From the NCBI GenBank assembly GCA_965208535.1, contig CBDBOU010000003.1, positions 1,765 to 65,764 of the forward strand: a stretch of DNA of 64,000 nt. Reading direction: 5' to 3'. Shown here piece by piece: positions 20,901-29,680 of the stretch. Source of the DNA: Vicinamibacterales bacterium (GTDB lineage Bacteria > Acidobacteriota > Vicinamibacteria > Vicinamibacterales > UBA8438). Below the pieces are notes generated by a model, which worked only from the letters and a program-made list of their open reading frames with translations, was not told where the DNA came from and made no database searches. Numbering within the stretch: position 1 is the stretch's first letter; the number at the start of each line of letters is the position of its first letter. A program made the translations under genes and the position numbers.

Positions 20901-23243
20901 AACCTCGACGGCAGCCGTCAGTCGGTCCATCTCGGCCAGGCGGCGGCGGAGGACCCCGACGGCGACGCGTTGACCTATGACGTGTCGGGCGGCGACCGGA
21001 AGCACTTCCGGATCGGGTCGCGGGACGGCGTGGTGAAGTATGTCGGCCCGGGCGAGGACTACGAGTCGGAGCCGAACCGGTACGAGCTGACGGTCCAGGC
21101 GCAGGACCCGCACGGCGCGGCGGCCGAGGCGCAGGTGGTGGTCACGGTCACCGACGTCAACGAACGGCCGGAGGCCGAGGACGACGCGGCCGAGACGCCG
21201 GAGGACGTGGCGGTGACGGTCGACGTGCTGGCGAACGACACGGACCCGGACGGCGACTCTCTGCGGGTCGAGTCGGTGTCGGCGCCCGAGCACGGGACGA
21301 CGCGCATCGCGGCGGGGGGCGTGCTCTACACGCCGGAGGCGAACTACCACGGCGCGGACCGGTTCACCTACGTGGTCACCGACCCCGAGGGCGAGACGGC
21401 CAGCGCGGCCGTCGAGGTGACGGTGCTGTCGGTCAACGACGCGCCGGAGGCGGTCGGGACCATGCCGGACCAGCCGCTCGACGAGGGCGGCGGCTCGGTG
21501 GACATCGAGCTGGCGCCGTACTTCGAGGACGTCGACGGGGACGAGCTGGCCTACCGCGCGGCGTCCTCGAATACGGACGTGGCGACGGTGCGGGTCGTTG
21601 GGGCGGTGCTGACGGTGACGCCGGTGGTGTACGGGTCGGCGATGGTGACGGTGACGGCGGCGGACCCTGAAGGCCTCACGGCGACGCAGACGTTCACCGT
21701 GGGGGTGGACGACCGGTTGGTGCGGGCGGTGCTGGGGCACACGCTGGCGGCGATGGCCCGCTCGCACCTGGCGAGCGCGCGGATGACGCTGGGGCGGCGG
21801 GTGGAGGCGGGCCGTAGCGACGAGCCGCGGCTGACGGTGATGGGCCGCGCGGTGCCGCTGGGCAAGGCGGCGGCGCGGCAGGCGGCCGAGCAGCTGGTCA
21901 TGGGCTGGCTGTCGAGCGGCGCCTACGCCGGCTCGTCGGCGCACGGCCTCGGCGGCTCTCCGTTCGGGGCGGCGGGCGCAACGCCGGGCCTGGGCGGGTA
22001 TCCGGCAGGCGGATTCGGCGGTCCGGCGATGGGCGGTCCGGCGATGGGCGGACCTGGGCTCGGTGGCCCCATGGCGGTCGGGATGCCGCCCGGCTCGGCT
22101 GGGAGCCTGTACGGCTTCGGGGGCTTCGGCGGCGGCCCGGACGCGCTGCTGCAAGGCACGGAGTTCGAGCTGGCGCTGGGGGGCGACGAGGACGGCGGCT
22201 GGGGGTGGCTGCGCCGGCGCCTCAGCGTGTGGGGGCAGGGCGACATCCAGACGTTCCACGGCGCGCCGACCGTGTTCCGCTACGACGCCCGCTACGACGG
22301 CGACATGCGGACCGGCTACGTGGGCGTCGACGCGCGGCTGTCGGAGCGCTGGCTGGCGGGCGTGGCGGTCTCGCGCAGCGGGGGCCGGAGCCACTGGCAG
22401 GTGGGCGCATCGCGCGGGCATCTGAAGACGAGGCTGACGGCGCTGCACCCCTACGCGCAGTGGTCGGACGGGACCACGTCGGTGTGGACGATGGCCGGCA
22501 CGGGTTGGGGCGAGGGCGAGGCTGAGAACGTGCGGGCGGCGACCGGCCTGTTGGGCGCCAGCGGCCTCGGCCTGCGGCTGGGGCTCGTCGAGCTGCGGCG
22601 CGAGCTGGGCGCGGTCGGCGGCGGCGCCGAGTTCGGGTTGCGGACCGATGCGGCGTGGGCGGAGCTGCGGACCGGCGAGGGCCGCGAATCGGTCGACGGG
22701 CTCACGGCGCCGGTCAACCAGCAGCGGGTCGGCGCGGAGGTGTCGCGGCCGTTGCGGCTCGGCGCGCTGGCCCTGCGGCCGTTCGGCGAGACGCACCTGC
22801 GGCGCGACGCGGGCGCGGGTCAGAACGGGACCGGCGTCGAGGTGGCCTTCGGGCTCGGGCTGACGGGCGGCCTCGTGCGGCTCGACGTGCAGGCGCGGAC
22901 GCTGGCCGTGCACTCGGCGGCCGGCTACGGCGAGCGGGGCGCCGGGTTGACGCTGACCGTCGGCGGCCAGCAGCGCGAGGGGCTGTCGCTGTCGGTGTCG
23001 CCTGCCTGGGGCGACGCCGCCTCGGGGACCGGCGCGCTGTGGCAGGAAGAGGTCTACCGCCACTACCTGCCCGAACAGGAACAGGACAGCTTCGCGGTCG
23101 ACGCGCGGGGGGACTACGGCATGCGGCTGCCGAACGGCGGGATGCTGACGTGGTTCGGCAGCTACAGCCACTCGCCCTACGGCCGCGGCTTCCTCGTCGG
23201 CGGCAGCATCGGGCTTGCCGATGCGCTGCTGCCCGGCCGGTAG
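14913..23243 (+). CDS. Large adhesin autotransporter (lectin-like tip, Calx-beta/cadherin-like/Ig repeats, C-terminal beta-barrel)
   Basis: Signal peptide MLRGLLAPFVCLALHAALAPGAAAQ, then a PHDWALTPAGL..FRLLVV domain, Calx-beta repeats ending in DDD, cadherin (AEDPDGDALTY), Big_9 (DVLANDTDPDGD), a Gly-rich linker and an amphipathic barrel. The ORF is open from 13479, so the true start is uncertain. Confidence 0.88.
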   Translation: MLRGLLAPFVCLALHAALAPGAAAQTPVPHDWALTPAGLDAGDQFRLLVVTNASDLATNPYISPYDQVVQREIRLGHQAIRSYSPHFRVLASSAGTLEFAIPVPPVVARDHTSTTGTGVPIYWLNGAKVADDYTDFYDGTWDSNEARIASGARKTVTLVWTGSNADGTSFSGQELGNAGTIDGREGEDLVRVGSLASTSNTISSGSERSRRRLPVYGLSPVFVVLPAVTITGGAAVTEGDAASFTITASAAPKANLTVNLSVADVAGSDFVAATNEGNKSVTITAGQTTATYTVDTVDDGVNEASGAVTVTVKDGTGYSVGTPSSAGVTVNDDDAPELTITGGAGVAEGGTASYTITATVAPAADLTVNLSVADPAGSDFVADDDEGSKTVTLAAGATTATYTVDTVSDTGAAGDEASGPVTVTVETGTGYRVGTPSSAGVRVTDNDVTTVTLEGVAVNLPEGSSLDFSVRLNRALVSGETLPVPVTFGGEASLADFSVTCPSPLPTGVSCAGLATTSATVTFTGPSANLATLTVTSVQDDTAEADPESLVIGLGTLGATSGTGLDGGVTGVDNLADFNLVDAIGVALSFSVEGVSVREGDSDPNTGVARFSAYVASGNVPEGGVVIPFSINSGTAQANDASSADYGTVPAGISIAAGGLQGTATLSIVDDTVDELRENIRFRVTELPPGYRFHGGAFDTANSVVSILDNDSTPVSLNLTGGGTFTEQDTTTSAAIRIRTARRMSNDPLNPLGAEAVMVPLMLASTTGAALPGSASPMFAVTASGTGVSISGENTATPTITFTGHATNMVQEATVTFTATANGDADATAETVTVTMGTPTSTNVDGGVSATMANSATLTIADDDGAPQLAVALVGTDLARVSVSEGETARIRVRRHGGDKSAALSFSATATDADGFSGTFSSVTSIPAGQRSVDITYSVAEDTADVPRGEATYVLNANSAYTLSSMVSVSLEVVDNDATRVLLTAADDDLVEGNVKGVTMSLGRGLVSGEALVVPLTFGGTATRGTDYTLEGTPGRGVSVQNLNSGSASVTFTGPETGETSTTFSMFLTAEPDEVEEPDGETVELGLGTLNENSGTGLDGGASASGEESFSIQDSVPNAVNLSVSDDGDATEGGEALTITATLDRANATGAAISIPIQADADGTTAQAADYTVASSISIANNAQSGTTSFTATDDDVAESIETVLMELGGTLPDGVVSGEANDVGISITDNDTAGLVISPTSLGVAEGDDASYTVELATLPTGTVTVAITVPAGTDLTLDTTSLTFSTSTWDDAQTVTVTAGEDDDTTDDTATLTHDASGGGYDNLGRELAVTVTDNDAAGLVLSPTSLEVDEGDDASYTVKLAAAPSSTVTVTVTGHSGTDLTLDTTSLTFSTSTWNTAQTVTVTAGEDDDTTDDTATLAHEASGGGYDAVEADLAVTVSDDDTAGLVLSPTSLEVDEGDDASYTVKLATAPSSTVTVTVTGHSGTDLTLDTTSLTFTTSTWDDAQTVTVTAGEDDDTTDDTATLAHEASGGGYVDVEADLAVTVSDDDTPGLIFSPTSLGVAEGDDASYTVRLATQPSSTVTVAVTGHSGTDLTLDTTSLTFSTSTWNAVQTVTVSAGDDADLTNDTATLTHTASGGGYSVTAPLVVTVTDDDQLPVVSFASSSSSAGEGSGTRNVTVDLSPAPAAAITVSYTVGGTATAGSDFSISGSGTLSVASGATMATIPVAITDDTADESNETVVLTLATGSGYTLGSRNTHTLTITDDDGTTPPPPTPTVSLSAAPNPVDEGGSVTVTARLSEALSGSVTVPLVLTAGTAEPEDYGSLASITINGGQTTGTGMVTTAQDADEDTETFTVALGSLPSDVTAGSPSSVVVTIRDDDGTTEPPEPVNTPPTVRASCDPCATPPGGEVGLTATASDPDGDSLTYRWSATAGRFDGPTDRSTARWTAPAEPGRVTITVRVSDGEDSVSATVTVEVVNRAPAFKESVYRFELAENLDGSRQSVHLGQAAAEDPDGDALTYDVSGGDRKHFRIGSRDGVVKYVGPGEDYESEPNRYELTVQAQDPHGAAAEAQVVVTVTDVNERPEAEDDAAETPEDVAVTVDVLANDTDPDGDSLRVESVSAPEHGTTRIAAGGVLYTPEANYHGADRFTYVVTDPEGETASAAVEVTVLSVNDAPEAVGTMPDQPLDEGGGSVDIELAPYFEDVDGDELAYRAASSNTDVATVRVVGAVLTVTPVVYGSAMVTVTAADPEGLTATQTFTVGVDDRLVRAVLGHTLAAMARSHLASARMTLGRRVEAGRSDEPRLTVMGRAVPLGKAAARQAAEQLVMGWLSSGAYAGSSAHGLGGSPFGAAGATPGLGGYPAGGFGGPAMGGPAMGGPGLGGPMAVGMPPGSAGSLYGFGGFGGGPDALLQGTEFELALGGDEDGGWGWLRRRLSVWGQGDIQTFHGAPTVFRYDARYDGDMRTGYVGVDARLSERWLAGVAVSRSGGRSHWQVGASRGHLKTRLTALHPYAQWSDGTTSVWTMAGTGWGEGEAENVRAATGLLGASGLGLRLGLVELRRELGAVGGGAEFGLRTDAAWAELRTGEGRESVDGLTAPVNQQRVGAEVSRPLRLGALALRPFGETHLRRDAGAGQNGTGVEVAFGLGLTGGLVRLDVQARTLAVHSAAGYGERGAGLTLTVGGQQREGLSLSVSPAWGDAASGTGALWQEEVYRHYLPEQEQDSFAVDARGDYGMRLPNGGMLTWFGSYSHSPYGRGFLVGGSIGLADALLPGR
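18612..19878 (+). repeat. Four tandem repeats of about 318 bp (106 aa) in adhesin 1
   Basis: GLVLSPTSL.V.EGDDASYTV..TDLTLDTTSLTF..W...QTVTVTAGEDDD units, the same family as the adhesin 2 repeats. Confidence 0.9.
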
Positions 23244-23922
23244 GCCGGCCGTCCGGCGCGTCGCGCCGTGCTTTCCCGAAGGGGAAGAATCCAGCCGGCG
23301 CGCAGCGCCTGATACTTGCCGCGGCTGACCGCGTCGTACCGAGCCGCTACGCACATCCATGCGTACTCCAGCTCGCCGTAGTCGTGGCGCTCGGAGTCGC
23401 GGAAGTACGTCGCCTGCACCTCGAAACGTGCAACCTCCGCACGGTAGTGCGACAATCAGTGGTGCACCGGCTCATCACGTGCAGCGCGCCCGCCTTGGTG
23501 ACGAACCAGACGCCGAGCCCGGTGCCGACTGCACAGCCAGAGGCGAAATCGACCCAGTGCGCCACGCTCTGCAGGCGAAAACATCGCCGGTTCCGGCTGT
23601 CCAGCTCAACGACCGGCGCCGAAAAGGCGGTAGGTATCGACTTCGCTGGGAAGCGGAACTCCGTGCAACGCGAGCGTCAGAGCGACGGCGCCGGTCGTGT
23701 TGACGATCATCGTCCACCTCCCGGGCGGCGCTTGACGAGGACGGGCATCGGTCGGTTCCTTCCCTTGTCACTACTGGACCGCCCGGATTTGCATCTGCCG
23801 CGAAGGCGCTGCTACTCCGCCAGGATCCGGACTTCGGACGCATCGCGGCCCGGCGGCGCCTGCAGGAACGCAGGAGCGACCTCCGACCCAGGGCTTCCCA
23901 TCCGCGATCCGGCCCGCCGAGG

Positions 23923-25530
23923 CTACGAGCCGATCGAGTAGCGAAACAGCAACCGCTGGGCCACCTGGTTCATGGCGCTCACCCGCGGCAGCCGAAGGAG
24001 GTCGACCTTGTAGTCCAGCGACAGCTCGGGCGTCAGCCGCCAGCTCAGCGTACTGCGCCAATCAATCGTCGGCGCGGGCGCCGCGAAGTCGCTGAACACG
24101 TCGAGGTTCGTGTTGTAGAGCAGGAATCGATAGCGGACGGTCGCGACCACCGTCGTCTCCAGCCCTGTCTCGTGGAAGTTGGTGGCCTCCACGTACTCCA
24201 GTTCGGGAGTCGTTTCGTCGTCGTCGAGGAAGAAGGCGCCCGCGAACCGGTTCTGCCGAAAGCCGGCCCCGACCCGCCAATCCAGTCGTATCGCCCGTCC
24301 CCGCAGCAGGCGGGTGTTCAGGCCGACCCCCTCGCGAAACTCGGGCGGGCTGAACGCGTCGCTGGTCGGGAACGTGCTGTTGGCCGGCACCACTGCCAGC
24401 TCGCGCCGCCCGTCGACGAACTGCCGCGAGATCAGCGTGTCCTCGGTGACAAGCGTGTTCGACTCGAACAGAGTCGTTCGCAGGCCGAAGCGGGCGTAGG
24501 GCCCGACGCGCGCGTTGAAGAACCGCGAATACAACACGTCGCTCCGGAGGCGGTCGTGGGTCTTCTGCCACGGCCTGGCCGCCGACGCCTCCGGCCTGAC
24601 CTGCACGAAACCCGACTCCAGTTCCAGGACGCTGCTGAACAGGTCGCGGTCGCGCTGGTAGGTGACGTAGTTGTCGAAGAACAGGTCCGTGCCGAATGTG
24701 GTCTCGTTGCTCGCGCCGACTACGTTGCGGGTCGACGCGAAGGGCGCCGACAGGCCGATCGCGTAGCGTCGATTCCAGGGCGAGACCTCCGGCGCCTCCC
24801 AGGAAGAGATGTCGGGTACCGCCCCGAGCTCATCAGGCGTCACCACTCCGGCACCGCGAAACTGGCCACTCGTGGGATTGATGACCAACCTGTAGTGGAC
24901 GAGCCCGCCCTCCGGAACCAGTACGGTCGCAAAGTCCGTGCGGGTGCGGTAGGTCGAGCCCGACTGCACGATGCGATACAGGCCAGGCGCCATCAACAGC
25001 GTCAGCAGCCGCTCGCCCTGCAGCGTGTCGGCCCCGAAGCCGACCGTGTAGGGTTGGCGGTCCGCCACCCGGATCAGCTCGTACACGCCGCGATGCGGCA
25101 GGTTGCTCTCGTCGACAACCTCGATGCGCAACCCGCCCCACCGCACGGGGACCACGGTCGTCGCGCCCGCCTGGACGTCGACCGGGACCGACACCATCTG
25201 GGACACCGGCCCGCTGCCCACCCGCACGAGATAAGCTCCCGCCTCGACGGCGATCCGGGCGCCGTTCGGACCGCTCGCGACCTGCTCGTCGCCGCGGAAC
25301 ACCAGCGCCTGCGGCTCGCTGTCCGGGCCGGACATCGAGGGTACCAGGATGGCGCCCGCACCCGGCGGCATCGGGGTCGTGGCCGCGGCGGCCTGGGCGG
25401 CGGCATCCGGCGTCAGCCACCGATAGATGTCCGACGGCGGCGGTGGCTGGGCAGCCGTTGCGGTCGCGAAGCCAAGAGACAGTGCGATGGCGAAAACGAG
25501 GGATCGCGGCACGCGAGGTGCACGCTTCAC
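23923..25530 (-). CDS. Hypothetical exported / outer membrane beta-barrel protein
   Basis: Signal peptide (SLVFAIALSLGFATATAAQ), N-terminal beta-sandwich-like segments, C-terminal amphipathic strands ending LLFRYSIGS. Start chosen at GTG 25530; the ORF is open to 25734. Confidence 0.65.
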   Translation of the reverse strand: MKRAPRVPRSLVFAIALSLGFATATAAQPPPPSDIYRWLTPDAAAQAAAATTPMPPGAGAILVPSMSGPDSEPQALVFRGDEQVASGPNGARIAVEAGAYLVRVGSGPVSQMVSVPVDVQAGATTVVPVRWGGLRIEVVDESNLPHRGVYELIRVADRQPYTVGFGADTLQGERLLTLLMAPGLYRIVQSGSTYRTRTDFATVLVPEGGLVHYRLVINPTSGQFRGAGVVTPDELGAVPDISSWEAPEVSPWNRRYAIGLSAPFASTRNVVGASNETTFGTDLFFDNYVTYQRDRDLFSSVLELESGFVQVRPEASAARPWQKTHDRLRSDVLYSRFFNARVGPYARFGLRTTLFESNTLVTEDTLISRQFVDGRRELAVVPANSTFPTSDAFSPPEFREGVGLNTRLLRGRAIRLDWRVGAGFRQNRFAGAFFLDDDETTPELEYVEATNFHETGLETTVVATVRYRFLLYNTNLDVFSDFAAPAPTIDWRSTLSWRLTPELSLDYKVDLLRLPRVSAMNQVAQRLLFRYSIGS

Positions 25531-25994
25531 CGCACCAGAGGCCCTCGCCTCATCCGCTCGAGGCCGCGCCCAGCCCTTATCGCCAAGAGCGAGAACGACC
25601 GATTGCGCGGATTGTTGCGCGAGACCGAGTGCGCACTTCACGAATCGGCGGTGGCCGCACGCATCGAGCCGAATCCTGCCCACGGAAGCGAGCACGGCAG
25701 CGGAGTTCACGGAATCGCGGAGCGGGCTCGACACGGTCGTTTGTGGTCTGCTGGATCAGCGGTTCGCCCTTCTTCCCGCGAATCCAAGGGTCCGGCCGAA
25801 AGGGCCGAAAGCGTCCGGCGCAGTCCGTCTGAATCCGAGCGGCAATTGCATATGGAATGTACCACGACCATCGCACCATCCCCATAACCGATTGCCAATG
25901 GGCGACTTCCGCACGATCGGGGGTTCGCACCAAAATTTCACGGACCGCCGTCATCGCGCGGCGCACTGACGGCGGCAGGTATTGCACTCGACCG

Positions 25995-26803
25995 CTGAAG
26001 CTACAGCCCGCTCGATCAGATCGACCGCGACACCGTCGGCAGAAGCCTCCGGCTGGTCTGGAGCCAGGCCCTGGCGACCGAAGTGCCGCCAGCAAGGGGG
26101 ACGCCGCTGGTCCGCGACAGCGTGATGTTCATGGCGAACCCGCAGGACTTCCGCCCAGGCCATCGACGCGGTGACCGGCGACCTGATCTGGGAGTACCGC
26201 CGCGACCGGCCGGGCGACCTGGGCGACTACATGATCCGCAGCCTGATCGACACCAACCGGAACATCGCCATCCACGGCGAGCTGATCTTCCACACCAGCA
26301 TGGACGACCGCATCGTCGCTCTCGACGTGGCGACGCGAAGGCCGGCGAGGAGCTGTGGCCGACGCGGCTGATTCCGGGGTGGGGGAGCCGGGCGACGAGA
26401 CCTGGGGCGACGTCCCGTTCGAGGAGCGCGGGCACGTCGGCTCCTGGATCGGTGCCGGGCGTCGACCCCGAGCTGAACCTGGTCTACGTCGGCACGTGGT
26501 GGACACGCCGGTCCGCCCGAACGCGGCGGCGGTGAGCTGGATCAACCCGCGCATCGAGCCGGGCGAGAAGAGGCGCGTGGTGACCGGCATTCCCGGCAAG
26601 ACGGGCATCGTCTACACCCTCGACCGAGAGACCGGCGAGTCCTGTGGGCGACGCCGACCATCACCCAGAACGTGGTCAGCGGCATCGACGGCGCCATCGA
26701 CCTGGTGACCGAGAACGCCGAGATCATCTTCACCCGCCAGCGCCCAGCGGCCAGCAGGCGCTGGGCCGTCCGCACGCCAGCGGCGGCAAGGACTGGGAGT
26801 CCG
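25995..26803 (+). pseudogene. PQQ-dependent dehydrogenase (beta-propeller) pseudogene
   Basis: Fragments in several frames: YSPLDQID, GTPLVRDSVMF, AIDAVTGDLIWEYRR, DPELNLVYVGT, GKTGIVYTLDRETGE, GGKDWE. Confidence 0.85.
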
Positions 26804-27504
26804 TATGCGGATCCGCGAAAACCCCAATAGATCCCGGATTCATTGGGTGAACCGGCGATCAGAACACGTCAGAAAACGGCAGAAAACGGCTCTCTCCCTC
26901 AGAAATGGCTGGCAGTCCGGCTGGCAGTCCGCTCGCAGCCGCCAAAGTGAAACTGTCGATGTTGACGGCAAGGGTGGCGGCGTTGAGCGCATGGAGAACC
27001 TTCGGCCGCGATCGTCGCCGGCCGGCGTGGACAACCGCGTTATCCGTCGAACCTGCGGCGCTCAGTAGGATCCGGCCGGCGAGTCGAAAAGACCATGCCG
27101 CACGCCCAGACGAACAGGACGCCGCAGGGCCGCCCACCCCCGTCGGCAGCCAGATCAACCAGGTCGGCGGTCCCGGTGACACGAAGCCCAACAGCGCCTC
27201 AAGCGACGGATGTCGTGGACCGGGACATCCGTCAAGCAGTAGAGTTGTCAGGGTGCGGTGTTCGGTGGAGGCACGGGCTCGCTGACTGCGGTGCTGGCGT
27301 TTCGGGACCGAGCGGAGGTGGTGCTCGTCCACTTGGCGGTCGGGCGATGCGTCGCATCCGCAAGGATTCGGGCGATTTAACTGGTACGGGAGCGGGTGTA
27401 ATGTTTGTCAATGGGGCCGACGGGCGCTGGCGGGGCCCTGCTTTGGCGTACTGGGGCGCTCCGACATTGTCGCTCAGGAAGGTCAGGATGTATCGGGGGA
27501 GGTT

Positions 27505-28413
27505 GTGATGGGGCGCACAAACGTGCTCAGGACCGTCGCTTTCGGCGTCGCCTTCCTGCTGACGGGCGTTGGGGTTTTCGGCCAGGACGACGCGCGGGTT
27601 GTACTGCACGGCGTCGAGGTCGAGGTGTCTGAAGATGAGCGGCTCGTGCTGCACGCCTCGGATGGCCGGTCGTACGAGCTGGCCGGATTGCGGGTGCGCT
27701 GGGAGTGCGAGGGCTCGGCGGGGATCTGGGCGTGCGGCGAGGCCTCTCGCCAGTTGCTGCAGTCGGCGGTTGCCGGCGAGAAGCTCGACTGCGAGATTCT
27801 CCTCGATGAGGGGAATCGGCTTGGCGTGGAGTGCATGGCGCAGACGCGGAATCTGAACCTGTGGATGCTTCGACGTGCCGGGGTCGACCTTCTTCCCCAA
27901 TGGTGGGATCGAGAGGGCGTCGACAGATTCAGGGATGCGGAACTGGCTGGGCGTGCAACTCGCGACTTGGTGCGCGCACTCGCCGAGAGCGACCCGCTGA
28001 ACATCCGTTCGCGGAGTCCGGAGGGGATTCGGCGGCGCGCGGCGCGGGAGGCGGCAGATGCTCCGCCATGGCCGAGCGTTCCTTTGGAGGAACGGGTTCA
28101 AAGGCGGGGAGCGACCGTTGACGAACGTCGCATCATCGCCGAGGGTGCGGTTGAGGACAGCCTCAGAGCAGGGGTTTGGGAGCTTGGCGGTTCTCGCGTG
28201 ATAGTGGGCGAGGATCTCCAAAGCTGCCTGTATGACTGGTGCAGGTTCGCGGTGGTCGATTCTGGCGGAGAGGTCGTTCTTTCGGGGACGGCCCGGCGGG
28301 CGCCGCGCGTGGTGGTTCCGGACGGGCCGGCTTTCGTGGTCGGGTCGTTGGAGCCGCTGGTTTTGACATGGGAAGAGCCCGGGGGCACTTGGGAACGATG
28401 GTCAATACGTTGA
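27505..28413 (+). CDS. Exported hypothetical protein with degenerate thermonuclease (SNase)-like N-terminal domain
   Basis: Signal peptide, then WACGEASRQLL..GEKLDC..VECM..NLNLWMLRRAG, which resembles SNase-like proteins. Catalytic residues are not evident. Confidence 0.5.
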   Translation: MMGRTNVLRTVAFGVAFLLTGVGVFGQDDARVVLHGVEVEVSEDERLVLHASDGRSYELAGLRVRWECEGSAGIWACGEASRQLLQSAVAGEKLDCEILLDEGNRLGVECMAQTRNLNLWMLRRAGVDLLPQWWDREGVDRFRDAELAGRATRDLVRALAESDPLNIRSRSPEGIRRRAAREAADAPPWPSVPLEERVQRRGATVDERRIIAEGAVEDSLRAGVWELGGSRVIVGEDLQSCLYDWCRFAVVDSGGEVVLSGTARRAPRVVVPDGPAFVVGSLEPLVLTWEEPGGTWERWSIR

Positions 28414-29021
28414 GTCGAGTCGTGGTTGTTCTGGTAGCGCTGGGGAGCCCCGCCCTTTCCGGTGCGAGCCAGCAGGATGTCGAGCGGTTTTTCAAGCTCA
28501 TTGCGCATCGGGAGAGCAGCGGGGACTGTGGTGCGCAGGCGGACCGCAGCACGGCGATGGGCTGCTACCAGATGACGGAAGCTGCTCTGCAGCAGGCGGG
28601 GTTCAAGGATGCCGCCGGCAATTGGGTACCCAACGAATACAACATCACATCCGACGAGGAGTTTCGCGCGAATCCGGCCGCGAACTACGCGGCGATGTTG
28701 GAGTACACGATAGAGAACTGGAGACTCTTGACATGCAGCGCCAGGTCGCAGGCCTGCGCTCTTGGTCTTGATCGGGCGGCGCTGCTGGCGGGCGCCCATA
28801 TTCTTGGAGCGACTGGCATCCGAGAGTTTCTTGAGTGCGCCCCCCCGGCGGATGCTCGTTGTCTTCGTCAATCTGCGGTTGACAGCAACAAGGTTGGTCG
28901 GAACGGGTTGCGCGATGTTGTCGTAGGCAGGATGGATGAAGTTCTGCGTGAAGATCTCGATCTTCCAGAGTTGACGCAGGAGGATTCACGGAGTTGCGGC
29001 GTTGCGGCATCTTGCCCGTAG
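28398..29021 (+). CDS. Secreted lysozyme-like / lytic transglycosylase protein
   Basis: Signal peptide, then IAHRESSG..MGCYQM..AAL..EEFRANP..LLAGAHILG lysozyme-superfamily motifs. Confidence 0.65.
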   Translation: MVNTLSRVVVVLVALGSPALSGASQQDVERFFKLIAHRESSGDCGAQADRSTAMGCYQMTEAALQQAGFKDAAGNWVPNEYNITSDEEFRANPAANYAAMLEYTIENWRLLTCSARSQACALGLDRAALLAGAHILGATGIREFLECAPPADARCLRQSAVDSNKVGRNGLRDVVVGRMDEVLREDLDLPELTQEDSRSCGVAASCP

Positions 29022-29507
29022 TCAAGTGACTGTGGAACGGTCCGAAGTCGTCGTCCACGGCGTAGACGTAGTAGTGGTTCACCATCGCCGTCGACGCCAC
29101 CAGCCACGGATAGGTCGCGCCGGTCCGCGGGTCGTGGCGGCGCTCCGTGCGCAGCACCCGAGCCTTCTCCTGCGCTCGCCCGATGTAGAGCACGCCCTCG
29201 CCCCCGACCACTTCCGCAGGTACTCCCGCGTCCGCTCGTCCTTGCGCTCGCCCCGGCGGAACGGCACGAGGTCGATCCCGTTGCGGGCGGCGTAGCTCTT
29301 GAGCGCGTTGACGAACCGCTCCGTGATCGGAGCCATCAGCACCGTCGAAGGCCACGCCGCGCCGCGCATCTCGCGAAAGAAATGCGCCGCCCCGGCCGCC
29401 GTCTGGAGCAGCGGCACGTAGACGTTGAGGTACATCCGGTCGACGCACTCCAGCGTCAGCACCGTGTGCCGCGACAGCACTTCCGCGACGGATCGTGCTA
29501 CGTTCAT
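29022..29507 (-). pseudogene. Truncated, frameshifted protein of an uncharacterised IS-like mobile element family
   Basis: TLECVDRMYLNVYVPLLQ..GERKD / GVLYIGRAQEKA..VNHYYVYAVDDDFGPF. Frameshift near 29205; cut off near 29030. Confidence 0.55.
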
Positions 29508-29680
29508 GGCTCGGACTCCGGTCGATGGGCTCCCCACCGGCCAGTCTACGGCCACCGTCGCCCTCGGGCGACCAATGAACGCGGTTCACGCCGCAGAGGG
29601 GGCAGCGGCCGGAGTCCGACTCACCCGCAGACAGCGCCGAGGCCTACATGTCTCGTCGGTCTGAGGCGCAGCCTCGCTAG

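Noticed and set aside
22017-22075. GGPAM 15-bp repeats in adhesin 1
   Set aside because: In-frame low-complexity Gly-rich linker before the barrel, with no frameshift potential.
18954-23360. 1468-aa minus-strand ORF
   Set aside because: Antisense shadow of adhesin 1.
23177-23455. 92-aa minus-strand ORF after adhesin 1
   Set aside because: It overlaps the adhesin end and has no recognisable motif or clear start, so it cannot be supported as a gene.
25845-25870. Possible sigma54 promoter upstream of the beta-barrel gene
   Set aside because: The GG-to-GC spacing is off by 2 nt from the required -24/-12 geometry.
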